Positions 20,454 to 30,084 of a stretch of 64,000 nt of DNA are shown here, in pieces. Location: assembly GCA_965203055.1 (NCBI GenBank), contig OZ241863.1, positions 1,248,001 through 1,312,000 on the forward strand. The letters are read 5' to 3'. The position numbers and the translations under genes are program-made. Under the pieces are notes generated by a model that was given only the letters and a program-made list of their open reading frames with translations, did not search any database and had not been told where the DNA came from. This DNA is from Spirochaetia bacterium. GTDB taxonomy: Bacteria > Spirochaetota > Spirochaetia > SZUA-6 > Bin103. Positions within the stretch are counted from its first letter, which is position 1, and the number at the start of each line of letters is the position of its first letter.

Positions 20454-21424
20454 GCGGGCGCGGCAACCGCCTGCATCAGCGCCCGGATGTAGCCCAGGAC
20501 GTATGCCTCGCCGGCCTGGGAATCGGCCCCGGCGTCCAGTTGCGGCACGTGATCCGGCACCACCATGCCGGCGTAGCCCACCTGCGCCAGCGCCGCCATG
20601 ATCCGGTGCATGTCGAGGTAGCCGTTGTCCGGAAAGGTCTCGTGGAAGTCGGGCAGGGGTGAGCTGATGTTGCGGAAGTGCACCTGGAAGATGTGGCCGC
20701 GGCTGCCGAACTCGTAGATGGCGGCGGTGACGTCCTCGCCGCGGCCGTCGGGACCGAACATCTCGGCGAAGCAGCCGACGCAGAACAGGATCCCGGACCA
20801 GGGGCTGTGACCGGAGATCTCCATGGCGCGGCGAAACGCCGCGCGGCTGCTGAACAGCCGCGGCACGCCCTGATGGTCGACCGGCGGGTCGTTGGGGTGC
20901 AATTGCAGGCGCACCCGGTGTTCCTCGGCCACCGGCAGGAGCCGGCGGATGAACGCCGCGTAATTGTCCCACAGCTCGGCGTGGGAGTAGCGCCGCTCAT
21001 AGGCGTCGGGCAGCGCCTGCGCCGCGGCCAGGTGAAACCGGCGCGTGCTGCAGCCGCGCGTCTCGGCGCGGCCGGTGGCGTAGGCGCCGCCGGTGTGCCA
21101 GGCGTAGGTCATGGTGCCGACGCCGGCGCGTCCCAGATCGCGGATGAAGCGCTCGAACAGCGCGATCTCCGCGCCGCTCTCCGGCAGGCCGAGGGCGATC
21201 GGGCGGCAACTGTAGCGGTCCGCCAGCATGATCTCGTGCAGGCCCAGGCCGCCCTCCCGCACGGTATCGCGCACCCGGCAGATGTCGTCGTAGCCGCTGG
21301 CGCTGCTGGGGATGCGCACCTCCACCTTCTCGACGCCCATCTGGCGCAGGAACCGCAGCCGCGCCGGGGTCAGGGTTTCCGGCGTCTGGTGGCTTACGCC
21401 GAGCTGCAGGCTGGAGGCGGTCAT
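20438..21424 (-). CDS. Mannonate dehydratase (UxuA)-like protein
   Basis: LHPNDPP, VHFRN, FHETFPDNG, PDHVP. Confidence 0.85.
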   Translation of the reverse strand: MTASSLQLGVSHQTPETLTPARLRFLRQMGVEKVEVRIPSSASGYDDICRVRDTVREGGLGLHEIMLADRYSCRPIALGLPESGAEIALFERFIRDLGRAGVGTMTYAWHTGGAYATGRAETRGCSTRRFHLAAAQALPDAYERRYSHAELWDNYAAFIRRLLPVAEEHRVRLQLHPNDPPVDHQGVPRLFSSRAAFRRAMEISGHSPWSGILFCVGCFAEMFGPDGRGEDVTAAIYEFGSRGHIFQVHFRNISSPLPDFHETFPDNGYLDMHRIMAALAQVGYAGMVVPDHVPQLDAGADSQAGEAYVLGYIRALMQAVAAPAQART

Positions 21425-22239
21425 TCGGGCGCCTGCCATTCCGCCACCGGCGGCGCCCAGGCGCCGATCGCCATCATGCCGCCGTCCACGCACACGTACT
21501 CACCGGTCATGAAGCCGGCGTGCTCGCTGGCCAGGAACACCACCGCCTTGCCGACGTCGTCCGGCCGGCCGAGCCGCCCGAGCGGCTGGTTGCGCGTCCA
21601 GGCCGCCAGCGCCGCGCGCGGGTCGCCGGTGGCGGCCGCGGCCTGCCGCACCAGGGGGGTATCGATGGTGCCCGGGTTCACCGCCAGCACGCGCACGCCG
21701 TGCGCGGCGTAATCGAGCGCCAGTTGCCGGGTCAGGGCCAACAGGCCGCCCTTGCTGGCGGCGTAGGCCGGCACCTTCGGCATCGACTGCAGCCCCTGCA
21801 CGCTGGCCACGTTGATGATCACGCCGCCCCCGCGCCGGCGAATCTCGGGCAGGCAGTACTTGGCCATCAGGAAGTGGCTCTTGAGGTTCACCGCCAGGAT
21901 GCGGTCCCACAGCTCCTCGGAGGTGTCCTCCACCGTGCGGTAGGACTCCGTACTCTGGATGCCGACGTTGTTGATCAGGATGTCGATGCCGCCGAAGCGC
22001 GCCGCGGCTTCGGCGGCGGCGCGCCGGCACTCGCCGGTAACGCCCAGGTCGGCGCCGATGAACTCCGCGCCCGGACCGCGCGCCGCGGCCGCCGCGGCCG
22101 TTGCCGCGCCCTGTTCGGCGTCGGCGTCCACCAGCGCCACGCGCGCCCCGCTGGCGGCGAACTCCAGGGCGATGCCGCGCCCGATGCCGTGCGCGGCGCC
22201 GGTGACCAGCGCCACCCGGCCCGCGTAGTCGATCGTCAT
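21421..22239 (-). CDS. SDR family oxidoreductase
   Basis: TGAAHGIG, NNVG, YAASKGG, NPGTIDT. Confidence 0.93.
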   Translation of the reverse strand: MTIDYAGRVALVTGAAHGIGRGIALEFAASGARVALVDADAEQGAATAAAAAARGPGAEFIGADLGVTGECRRAAAEAAARFGGIDILINNVGIQSTESYRTVEDTSEELWDRILAVNLKSHFLMAKYCLPEIRRRGGGVIINVASVQGLQSMPKVPAYAASKGGLLALTRQLALDYAAHGVRVLAVNPGTIDTPLVRQAAAATGDPRAALAAWTRNQPLGRLGRPDDVGKAVVFLASEHAGFMTGEYVCVDGGMMAIGAWAPPVAEWQAPE

Positions 22240-22255
22240 TCCGTCCTGCTCCCTG

Positions 22256-24466
22256 CTACCGGGGCGCGTTGGGAGCGCCCGGGGTGGGGTCGGTCACGGT
22301 GCGGAAGGGGCCGGTGACGTCGGGCACGCGGGCGTAGCTGGTGCCGGCGTCGGACTCTCCCTCCTCCCAGTCGACCTGCGCCTCCAGGCGGCCGTCCGCC
22401 GTCCAGATGCCGAGCTCCTCGTCCCGGCCCAGCGCGAAGCCGGGCCAGCCGTCGCTGTCCAACTCGATCCGCAGCCAGGCGCCCGGTTCGATGATCAGGT
22501 CGGGCGGAAAGGGGGTCCGCTTGCCGCGGTCGGTCAGGTCGTCGGCCACCACGAAGTCGGCCAGCGCCAGCGGCGCCGGCCCGGCGTTGTAGAGCTCGAA
22601 CCAGTCGAGCGGTTCGCCGCGCGCGGCGACTTCGTTGATGACCAGCCCGGCGGCTCCCGGCGCGTCGGTCCGCTCGCCGCCGCCGGCGTCCGCCGCCGCT
22701 TCCGCCACTCCCCAGAGCGTGCCGGAGAAGCGGCCCGTGACGGCCACTCCCGGTTCCGTGCCGGCCGCGTCCAGCTCCAGCCAGCCGCTGGAGATCGGGT
22801 TCAGGTCCTCAGGCTCGCTCGCGCCGGGCGGCACCGACCAGCTCACGCCGCCCACCCCCGGCTCGCCGATGACCGCGCGCGCGCCGTCCGCCACGCGGTC
22901 CGGCGGCAGCCAGGCCGTGACTCCCTCCAGCGTGGCGAAGTCCGCTCCCAGCCGCATGAGGGTGATTACCGCCGCCTGCTCGACGCCCATCTGCGCCGCT
23001 TCTTCGGGGCCCGCCGGGCCGGCGGTGGCGCCCGCCGGCCCGATCGCCTGCTCCGCCCCGTCGAGCAGGTACCGGGTCACCGTCCCGGCCGCGAACGGGT
23101 CGGCGCTCTCCTTGGTGCTCCAGGCGGTCTCGAACCGCAGCTCGAACGAGGTTGGCGCTCCCCAGCACAGGTCCGCGGACACCGGCGGCCACGGCCACTC
23201 CGGCGGCTCCGGTTCCAGGTCGGCCAGGATCGCGGCCCGGCGCTCGCGGATGAAGCGGCGCACGCGGCCGGCGTCGCGGGCCGCCTCGGCGCGCCGTTCG
23301 GGCAGCGCGTGGGCCTGCACGATGGCCGCCATCCGCTCGCTGCGGCGCAGCAGCGCCGCCTCGTCCCAGACCGTGTCGAGCAGTTCCCGCAGGCGCGCCG
23401 CGTACGCCGCGCGCCCCGCCTCGTCCCGGTACAGGCGGTGGGCGATGGCGCCGTGCGCCATCACCGACGGCGGCGACACGAAGTCGTCGAACGGGCTGTC
23501 GGTGGTGGTGAAGGTCTGATCCACGCCCCACGGGATGAACGCGAGCGGTCCGCCCGGCGCGCCGTAGACGTAGAAGTTGTTGCGGTTGCCGGCATAGCCG
23601 TCCCAGTGCCCGACCAGCGCTTCCGCGGCCCAGAAGGTGAGGAACCGGTCGAGGTCGACGCCCGCGGCCAGCGCTTCCCGGCCGGCCGGGGAGGGGTCCT
23701 GCAGCGCGGCGGTGACCGCGTCGATCGCCGACCAGTCGCCGGCGGTCTTCCGTTCGAAGGTGCCGCGGAACCCGGGCCGGAAGTCGCTTACCGTGCCTTC
23801 GTAGAGGGTGCCGGCGGCGTCGGCGCCTGTCCCGTCGGCGTCGGGAAATGCCCGTTCCAGGAGCGACCCCTCGACGTCCTCGACCTGCACGTAGAGGCCG
23901 AGCCGCTCGCCGTTTACGGTCACGCTGGCATAGTTGCAGCGCGGCGCCGGCAGCCCGGCCGCGGCGAACACCTGGTAGGCCAGGCAGGTGTTGAGCATCG
24001 ACGGGTCCTGCACGCTGTTGTTCAAGGTGACGCGCTCCAGCGCGCCGCCGAGCGCCTGACCGTCCAGGTACTTGTCGAAGCGGAGCTTGAGCGACGGTTT
24101 CTCAGAGCTGAGCGAGCCGAGAAACCCCTTCTTGCGCACGCCGACCTCGCCGTAGCGCACGCCGTCTACCGTGACGTCCGCCGAAAACCAGGAAAAGATC
24201 TGGGCGAACGGCCGGGCAAGGCATTCGGTGCCGCCGAACAGGTCCGCCATGGTGCGCGTCTGCCGGCGCAGCCGGTCCCAGTCCGCGGGCGGCAGCTCCA
24301 CGGCCACGTCGAGCACGTGGTCGAGCGCGAACCAGTGATCGCCGGCATCGCCGCGATCGCCGGCGGCGTCCTGCGCTGCGGCCGGCACGTGCGCCGCCAG
24401 CAGCAGCGCGCCGGACAGCGCGGCGCGCAACGCGCTCGCTCGAGGAACCCGCGGTCGCTCAGGCAT
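22256..24466 (-). CDS. Secreted CotH-kinase family protein with C-terminal lamin-tail domain
   Basis: Signal peptide; GVRKKG, KPSLKLRFD, HWDGY..NNFY, IPWGVD; LVINEV..DWFELYN..PTPGAPN. Confidence 0.85.
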   Translation of the reverse strand: MPERPRVPRASALRAALSGALLLAAHVPAAAQDAAGDRGDAGDHWFALDHVLDVAVELPPADWDRLRRQTRTMADLFGGTECLARPFAQIFSWFSADVTVDGVRYGEVGVRKKGFLGSLSSEKPSLKLRFDKYLDGQALGGALERVTLNNSVQDPSMLNTCLAYQVFAAAGLPAPRCNYASVTVNGERLGLYVQVEDVEGSLLERAFPDADGTGADAAGTLYEGTVSDFRPGFRGTFERKTAGDWSAIDAVTAALQDPSPAGREALAAGVDLDRFLTFWAAEALVGHWDGYAGNRNNFYVYGAPGGPLAFIPWGVDQTFTTTDSPFDDFVSPPSVMAHGAIAHRLYRDEAGRAAYAARLRELLDTVWDEAALLRRSERMAAIVQAHALPERRAEAARDAGRVRRFIRERRAAILADLEPEPPEWPWPPVSADLCWGAPTSFELRFETAWSTKESADPFAAGTVTRYLLDGAEQAIGPAGATAGPAGPEEAAQMGVEQAAVITLMRLGADFATLEGVTAWLPPDRVADGARAVIGEPGVGGVSWSVPPGASEPEDLNPISSGWLELDAAGTEPGVAVTGRFSGTLWGVAEAAADAGGGERTDAPGAAGLVINEVAARGEPLDWFELYNAGPAPLALADFVVADDLTDRGKRTPFPPDLIIEPGAWLRIELDSDGWPGFALGRDEELGIWTADGRLEAQVDWEEGESDAGTSYARVPDVTGPFRTVTDPTPGAPNAPR

Positions 24467-24529
24467 CTTTTCAGAGAACCTCCTTACCCAGGTTCCAGCA
24501 TCGCACGAACCGCCCGCTCGCGTCTCGCC

Positions 24530-24757
24530 GCCGGCGCCGGACCCGGAGGCGTGGCGGAGCTGGTGGAGCAGCGTCCGGCAAGAGCAGCCGGCAGGTGATG
24601 CAGTTGCTGGCCGAGGCGGACCCGGAGCTGGCGGCGCCGGCGGAGCGGGTGCGGCCCCCGGGCGCCGGCCAAAGGCGCCGAGCAAACTTCGGCGCCGAAG
24701 ACGCAGGCGGCCTCGGCTCGCGGCGCTGCCCCGGCAGCGAAGCAGGAGGCCGGCGCG
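24530..24757 (+). mobile_element. Internally deleted fragment of the HNH element
   Basis: Matches ~4940-5060 joined to ~5250-5343 of copy 1. Confidence 0.75.
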
Positions 24758-24763
24758 CAGGGA

Positions 24764-25340
24764 CTATTGGCGGGGCGCGGTCTGCTCCGTGCCGTTGGCG
24801 TCGCGCTTGAGGGTGCGGTAGGTGGACTCGTCGATGCCGGTGGCGGAGTGGATTACCGGCCACCCGATCCCGGCCCGCAGGAGCCCGTCGATGGTCTCCA
24901 ACCGGCCTTCCAGGCGACCCTTCAACTCGCCTTCCCGGCGGCCTTCTTGGCGGAGCTCAGCTTCCCAGCGATCGATCTTCTCTAACAGCATTGCGCTTGT
25001 CTCCTTGTAGTCGCGAATCGACGGCAACTCCACGCCCCACTTTTCACCCAAGGCTCCCAGCCACAGGTCGAAACTCTTCGTCAGTTCCGGCTCGTCCTCT
25101 GCCGCGAGCCACTGTCCCAACTCCCGCACCCGCTCCGCCAGCTCCACGGCGCGCCGGCTGCGCTCCACTTCCGCCATCCAGGTTATCAGGTTCGGGCGCG
25201 GCAGGTCTTCCGCTGCCAGCGCTACCAGATCAACCACGTCATAGCTCAGCGCGAGATGCGCGGGGCCGTCGTGTTCCAGACTCGTCGGCACCAGCTCCGC
25301 CAGCGACTGCGGAGCGTCCCAGCGGGTCGCGCCGTTGTAC
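24764..25340 (-). pseudogene. Rpn (recombination-promoting nuclease/YhgA-like) C-terminal half; N-terminal nuclease part missing
   Basis: YNGATRWDAP..L motif; MLLEKIDRWEAELRQEGRREGELKGRLEG tail. Confidence 0.7.
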
Positions 25341-25432
25341 GTTCTCTGACCCCTACAACGGCGCGGCGTCGGCCGCGCTTTGCATTGGCGGCGCGGCGCG
25401 TTCGCCGTGGTGGACGCGCCTCCGGCCCGGCG

Positions 25433-25496
25433 GCAGGGACTATTGGCGGGCGCGGTCTGCTCCGTGCCGCGGGCGGCGCGTTGGAGGGTGCGGTAG
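25433..25496. repeat. Diverged direct repeat of the Rpn 3' end (24757-24821)
   Basis: GCAGGGACTATTGGCGGG(G)CGCGGTCTGCTCCGTGCCG...GAGGGTGCGGTAG at both sites. Confidence 0.8.
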
Positions 25497-25728
25497 ATAC
25501 GCTGGCCCGGCGGACCGGCGCATGCTATGGTGTGGCCGCCTGGAGGAATTTGCCATGCCAAGGAGTACGAGGAGCTGGCGGAGCCCCGGAGCAGGAGTGG
25601 GAGCAGGCGAAACAGGCGCGCCAGGCGGCGGAAGCGCGTGTGGCCGAACTCGAGGCGTTGCTAGGCCGCAGGCCCGACGTCGAGAACCGATAGAGGTGGT
25701 TCGAGCCAAGCCAGGCTGAAGGGAGGCG

Positions 25729-27708
25729 ATGCGGCATCTCTCGACGGCGCTCCGGATCGGCTTGCTCCTCGGCTTGGCGGCGGCGCCGGCCGGCGTGCCC
25801 GGCGCCGCGCCGGTGCTGGCGCCGGCAGCGCGGCCGGCGGCGGCCACCGCCGCGGTCCTGCGCCACGACGCGTCGGTCAGCGAGCGCAACGCGCTGATCG
25901 TCGAGGTGCGGGTAGCGCTGGCGCGGGCGGCGCGGGTGTTCGTCGAGTACGACAACCCGCAGGCCGGGCGCTACCGCACGCCGCTGAGCGAACCGGGCGC
26001 CGAGCACGCCGTCCCGCTCGTCCGGCTGCGCCCGGAGACGACCTACGACTACACCATCTTCGTGGTGGAGGGCGCCGCGGTGGGGGACTTCGCGGTGGCG
26101 GGGGCCGCGCCCGACGGCGCCGCGCCCGACGGCGCGCAGGCGGCCGACGGCTTCGCGGGCGCCGGCGCGGGCGGGCGGTTCACCACCGGGCCGCTGCCGC
26201 TGGCCCTGGCCGCCATCCCGATGCAGGTGCGCGGCCGGAGCTCGCAGCCGCTCATCCTGTCCGATCATCCGCGCGGGTACTACGTCTTCCGGGACGAGGT
26301 GGGCGGCATCGTCTGGTACCATTATCATGCGGGGTCCGACGGCCCGATCGCGCAGTTGCCCGCCGGCAACCTGCTGTTCGCGCGCGCCGGCGCTCTGGTC
26401 GAGATCACCCCGTTGGGAGCGGTGGTCGACCGGTTCGAGCGGGGCGGCGCCGCGGGGAATCCTCACCACGGCCTCGCCGTGCTCGACTCCGGCGGCGGCG
26501 CCGGCGGCGAACGGGTGATCTACCTGAGCCGCGGGCCGCCGCAGGAGGGGCCCGGGTTCGTCGACCGGCTGCGCGTCTGGGACCGGGAGCGCGGGCGCTT
26601 CGATCAGGTCTGGGACTCGCAGGAGGCCTGGAACCTGACGCGGCCCGCCGGCGGCGGCTTCAGTTGGGCGCACCTCAACTCGGTGAGCATCGGCCCGCGC
26701 GGCAACGTCGTCCTCTCCTCCCGCACGCGCCATCAAGTGGTCTCGCTCGACGCCGATTCGTGGACGATCGAATGGCAACTGCACGGACCGGACAGCGATT
26801 ACCGGTTCCCGGACCCGACCGACCGGTTCTACGGGCAGCACACCGCGGCGCAGCTCGACGACGGCAACGTCCTGCTGTTCGACAACGGCTGGGGGCGGCC
26901 CGCGGCGGAGGGCGGGCGCTACTCGCGCGCGCTGGAGCTGCGGCTGGACGAGGCGGCCGGCACCGCGGTGAAGGTGTGGGAGTACCGGCCAACGCCGGAC
27001 ATCTACGTCGGCGCCAAGGGCAGCGCCTACCGGCTGCGCAACGGCAACACGCTGATCAACTTCTCCCGCGGCGACCAGGCGGGAGGCCGCTCCCTGGTCG
27101 AGGTGGACGCCGCCGGTAACGAAGTGTTCCGCATCGACACCCTGCCATTGCATGCCGGTTGGGACCTGCCGACCCGGTATCGAGCCACCGCCGGCAGCGG
27201 GGCGATCATGGGCGAGACCATGCTGCGCCCGCCGGCCGCGGCGCCCGCGCACCTGCGCGCCGCGGCGGCGAGCAGGGAGCACTCCCTGGCGAAGGAGCGG
27301 GCGCGGTTCCGCGCGCTGGAGGCGACCCTGGAGGGCCGGCCGCGCGCCGCCGCCGGAACGTTCGACCTGTATGCGGCCGCGGGCCGGCTGGTATACGCGA
27401 AGGAGCCGTGCGCGCCGCAGGACGTGCGGGCGCCGTTCTTCCTGCACGTCTTCCCGGCCGCCGCAGCCGATCTGCCCCCCGCCGCCCGGGAGCAGGGCTT
27501 CGTCAATCTCGACTTCGGGTTCCGGCGCGACTTCGCGTTCCGCTCCGAAGGCTTTCTTTGGGACGGCGCCTGCCTGGTGGCCGCGGCGCTGCCGGAGTAT
27601 GAGATCTCGCACGTCCGCACCGGCCAGTTCATCCGCGCCGGCGGTCGGCGCCTCTGGAGCGTGGAGTTCCCGCTCGCGCCGACCGCCGCCGCCGGCGGTC
27701 GGCGCTGA
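25729..27708 (+). CDS. Secreted aryl-sulfate sulfotransferase (ASST) family protein with extra C-terminal domain
   Basis: Signal peptide; PHH, WAHLNS, SSRTRH, FYGQH, LFDNG, SRALE motifs. Confidence 0.85.
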   Translation: MRHLSTALRIGLLLGLAAAPAGVPGAAPVLAPAARPAAATAAVLRHDASVSERNALIVEVRVALARAARVFVEYDNPQAGRYRTPLSEPGAEHAVPLVRLRPETTYDYTIFVVEGAAVGDFAVAGAAPDGAAPDGAQAADGFAGAGAGGRFTTGPLPLALAAIPMQVRGRSSQPLILSDHPRGYYVFRDEVGGIVWYHYHAGSDGPIAQLPAGNLLFARAGALVEITPLGAVVDRFERGGAAGNPHHGLAVLDSGGGAGGERVIYLSRGPPQEGPGFVDRLRVWDRERGRFDQVWDSQEAWNLTRPAGGGFSWAHLNSVSIGPRGNVVLSSRTRHQVVSLDADSWTIEWQLHGPDSDYRFPDPTDRFYGQHTAAQLDDGNVLLFDNGWGRPAAEGGRYSRALELRLDEAAGTAVKVWEYRPTPDIYVGAKGSAYRLRNGNTLINFSRGDQAGGRSLVEVDAAGNEVFRIDTLPLHAGWDLPTRYRATAGSGAIMGETMLRPPAAAPAHLRAAAASREHSLAKERARFRALEATLEGRPRAAAGTFDLYAAAGRLVYAKEPCAPQDVRAPFFLHVFPAAAADLPPAAREQGFVNLDFGFRRDFAFRSEGFLWDGACLVAAALPEYEISHVRTGQFIRAGGRRLWSVEFPLAPTAAAGGRR

Positions 27709-27717
27709 AGGGGAGCG

Positions 27718-30084
27718 CTACTCGTCTCCTCCTATCCGCACCCGAAGCTGCTGGCCGGCCAGGGTCTGGCGCGCCCAGAACAGGTTCTGGCTCGGATCGT
27801 TGCCGCCCGCCGCCAGGTTGGCGGTGGCGGTCGCGGTGGTGCCGCCGGCCGGCGCCGCGGCAAAGGTCACGGTCGGGGCGGTCACGTAGCCGCTCCCCGC
27901 GTTGGTGATCCTCACCGACCGGATGCGGTATTCGAAGACCGCGGTGCCGACCGCGGTGGTGGCGCCGCTCGGCGCCGCCGTAAAGGTCACGGTCGGGGCC
28001 GAGGTGTAGCCGCTGCCGGGGTTGGTGACCGTCGCCGTCGGGACGGCGTAGGACATCACCGGGGTGGCGGTCGCCCCGCTGCCGCCGCCGCCGGTAAAGG
28101 AGACGGTGGGCGCCGAGGTGTAGCCGCTGCCGGCGGTGCCGACCATCACCGAGCCGACCCCGTAGTTCATCACCGCGGTGCCGGTCGCCGCGGTGCCGGT
28201 CGACGGCGCCGAAAAGGTCACGGTGGGGGCGGAGGTGTAGCCGCTGCCCTCGTTGGTGACCGTCACCTCGTCTGCCTCGACGAGCACGGTCGCGGTGGCG
28301 GTCGCGCCGCTGCCGCCGCCGCCGGTAAGGGAGACGGTGGGAGCCGAGGTGTAGCCGCTGCCGCCGTTGGTGACCTCAACCCCGGTGACGGTGCTGTGCA
28401 ACGTCGCCGCGTAGCCGGCCCCGCTGCCGCCGCCGCCGGTAAAGGTGATCGTAGGGGCGGAGGTGTAGCCGCTCCCCGCGTTGGTGATGATCACCCCGCG
28501 AATGTTGGGGAACATCCTCGCGGTGGCGGCGCCGCCGCTGCCGCCGCCGCTGTCGGTAATGGTGATCGTGGGGGGCGAGGTGTAGCCGCGCCCCCGGTTT
28601 TGCCAGGTTGCCGAGGCCAACACGATGCGGTCGAACCGCCCGTCGGCAAACCTCCGCGCGCTGCCGGTCGTCCTGGTGCCGCCGGCCGGCGGCGCCGAGA
28701 AGGTCGCGGTGATGGCGGCCGTGTAGCCGCTCCCGAAGGCGGTTCTCGTCGTCCCCTGGACGGAGTCGGGTCCCCACGCGACGCCGGTCGCCCTGGTGCC
28801 GCCGGACGGCGGCGCCGAGAAGGTCGCGGTCGGGACCGAGGTGTAGCCGCTCCCGTACTGATTGCCGATCCTCGTCACGGAAGCGACGCTGCCGGGCCCG
28901 GTCGCGGTGGCGGTCGCCCCGCTGCCGCCGCCGCCGGAGAAGGAGACGGTGGGGGGCGAGGTGTAGCTGCTGCCGGCGGTCCCGACCGTCACCGAAGTGA
29001 CCTGCCCTCGTATCGTCGCGGTGGCGGCCGCGCCGCTGCCGCCGCCGCCCGAAATGGTGACGGTGGGCGCCGAGGTGTAGCCCGATCCCCGGGTATCGAG
29101 CGTCACGTCAGCGACCGTGCCGCTGACCGCCGCGGTGCCGGCCGCGTCGGTGCCGCCGGCGGGCGCCGCCGTGAAGGCGACGGTGGGCGCCGAGGTGTAG
29201 CCGCTGCCGGCGGTATCCACGTCCACCGAAGCGACGCGGCCGTTGACGTCCGCGGTGGCGGTCGCCGTGGTGCCGCCGGGCGGCGGCGCCGAGAGGGTCA
29301 CGCCGGGGGGCGAGGTGTAGCCGGCGCCGGCGGTCGTGACGTTCACCGAATCGACGAGGCCGACGCCCGCAACGACGCCGGTGGCGGTGGTGCCGCCCGG
29401 CGGCGGCGCCGAAAAGGTCACGCTCGGCGCCGCCTGGTAGCCGCTGCCCCGCTCGGTAAACGTGACCGACTCGACGGTGTCCGGGGCTCCCGACTGATCC
29501 GGGGCGGTGAGCACCAGCACGATCGCGCCCGCGCTCACTTCGAAGCCGACCTTCCACTCCGCGCCGCTGATGTCGGTGGCGAAGGCCGGCGCGGTCGCCG
29601 TGCTCGTGAACGGCAGCTCGTTGCCGCCGATCGACACGGTCACCGTTTCGCCATCGGCGCCGGTGAGCCCGTCCCAGGCGAACGGCGCGGAGCGGATCGT
29701 CAAGGCGCTCGGGTCCGCTGCGTCAGGCAGCGGCAGCGCCGATGACCAGGCATCCTCCCCGATGTCCCAGCGCTGCTCGGCCGCCGGCGCAGTCGGGTCC
29801 GGCGCGGTCGGCGACCCGCCATTGCCGCCGGCGCCTCCGCCGGCTCCGTTTCCACCCGCGCCGCCCGCGCCGCCGGCGCCGGTACCGCCCGGCCGGGCCG
29901 TCTGCTGGCACGCCAGCAGGGCGATGCCGATGACTGCCGCCAGCGCCAGAAGCGCTGCCTTGCCGCTCTTGCCGCTCATCCCTCTTACCTTCCTTGCCAC
30001 GTGATTCCTTCCTCCCGTATGGCGCCGGCCGGAGCTGCCGGCGGCGCGAATTCTGGTTCTATGGGGGGGGGGGGGGTAGCGCAT
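27718..30084 (-). CDS. Repeat-rich surface lipoprotein, paralogue A (14 GSGYTSAPTV-type repeats)
   Basis: Lipobox LLAC, Gly linker, 14 repeats; ATG overlaps upstream TGA; alternative GTG/ATG starts near 30000/29979. Confidence 0.8.
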   Translation of the reverse strand: MRYPPPPHRTRIRAAGSSGRRHTGGRNHVARKVRGMSGKSGKAALLALAAVIGIALLACQQTARPGGTGAGGAGGAGGNGAGGGAGGNGGSPTAPDPTAPAAEQRWDIGEDAWSSALPLPDAADPSALTIRSAPFAWDGLTGADGETVTVSIGGNELPFTSTATAPAFATDISGAEWKVGFEVSAGAIVLVLTAPDQSGAPDTVESVTFTERGSGYQAAPSVTFSAPPPGGTTATGVVAGVGLVDSVNVTTAGAGYTSPPGVTLSAPPPGGTTATATADVNGRVASVDVDTAGSGYTSAPTVAFTAAPAGGTDAAGTAAVSGTVADVTLDTRGSGYTSAPTVTISGGGGSGAAATATIRGQVTSVTVGTAGSSYTSPPTVSFSGGGGSGATATATGPGSVASVTRIGNQYGSGYTSVPTATFSAPPSGGTRATGVAWGPDSVQGTTRTAFGSGYTAAITATFSAPPAGGTRTTGSARRFADGRFDRIVLASATWQNRGRGYTSPPTITITDSGGGSGGAATARMFPNIRGVIITNAGSGYTSAPTITFTGGGGSGAGYAATLHSTVTGVEVTNGGSGYTSAPTVSLTGGGGSGATATATVLVEADEVTVTNEGSGYTSAPTVTFSAPSTGTAATGTAVMNYGVGSVMVGTAGSGYTSAPTVSFTGGGGSGATATPVMSYAVPTATVTNPGSGYTSAPTVTFTAAPSGATTAVGTAVFEYRIRSVRITNAGSGYVTAPTVTFAAAPAGGTTATATANLAAGGNDPSQNLFWARQTLAGQQLRVRIGGDE
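30063..30076 (-). repeat. Poly-C14 tract (G14 on + strand) at 5' end of paralogue A
   Basis: Homopolymer counted directly; in frame (M-R-Y-P4-H). Confidence 0.9.
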
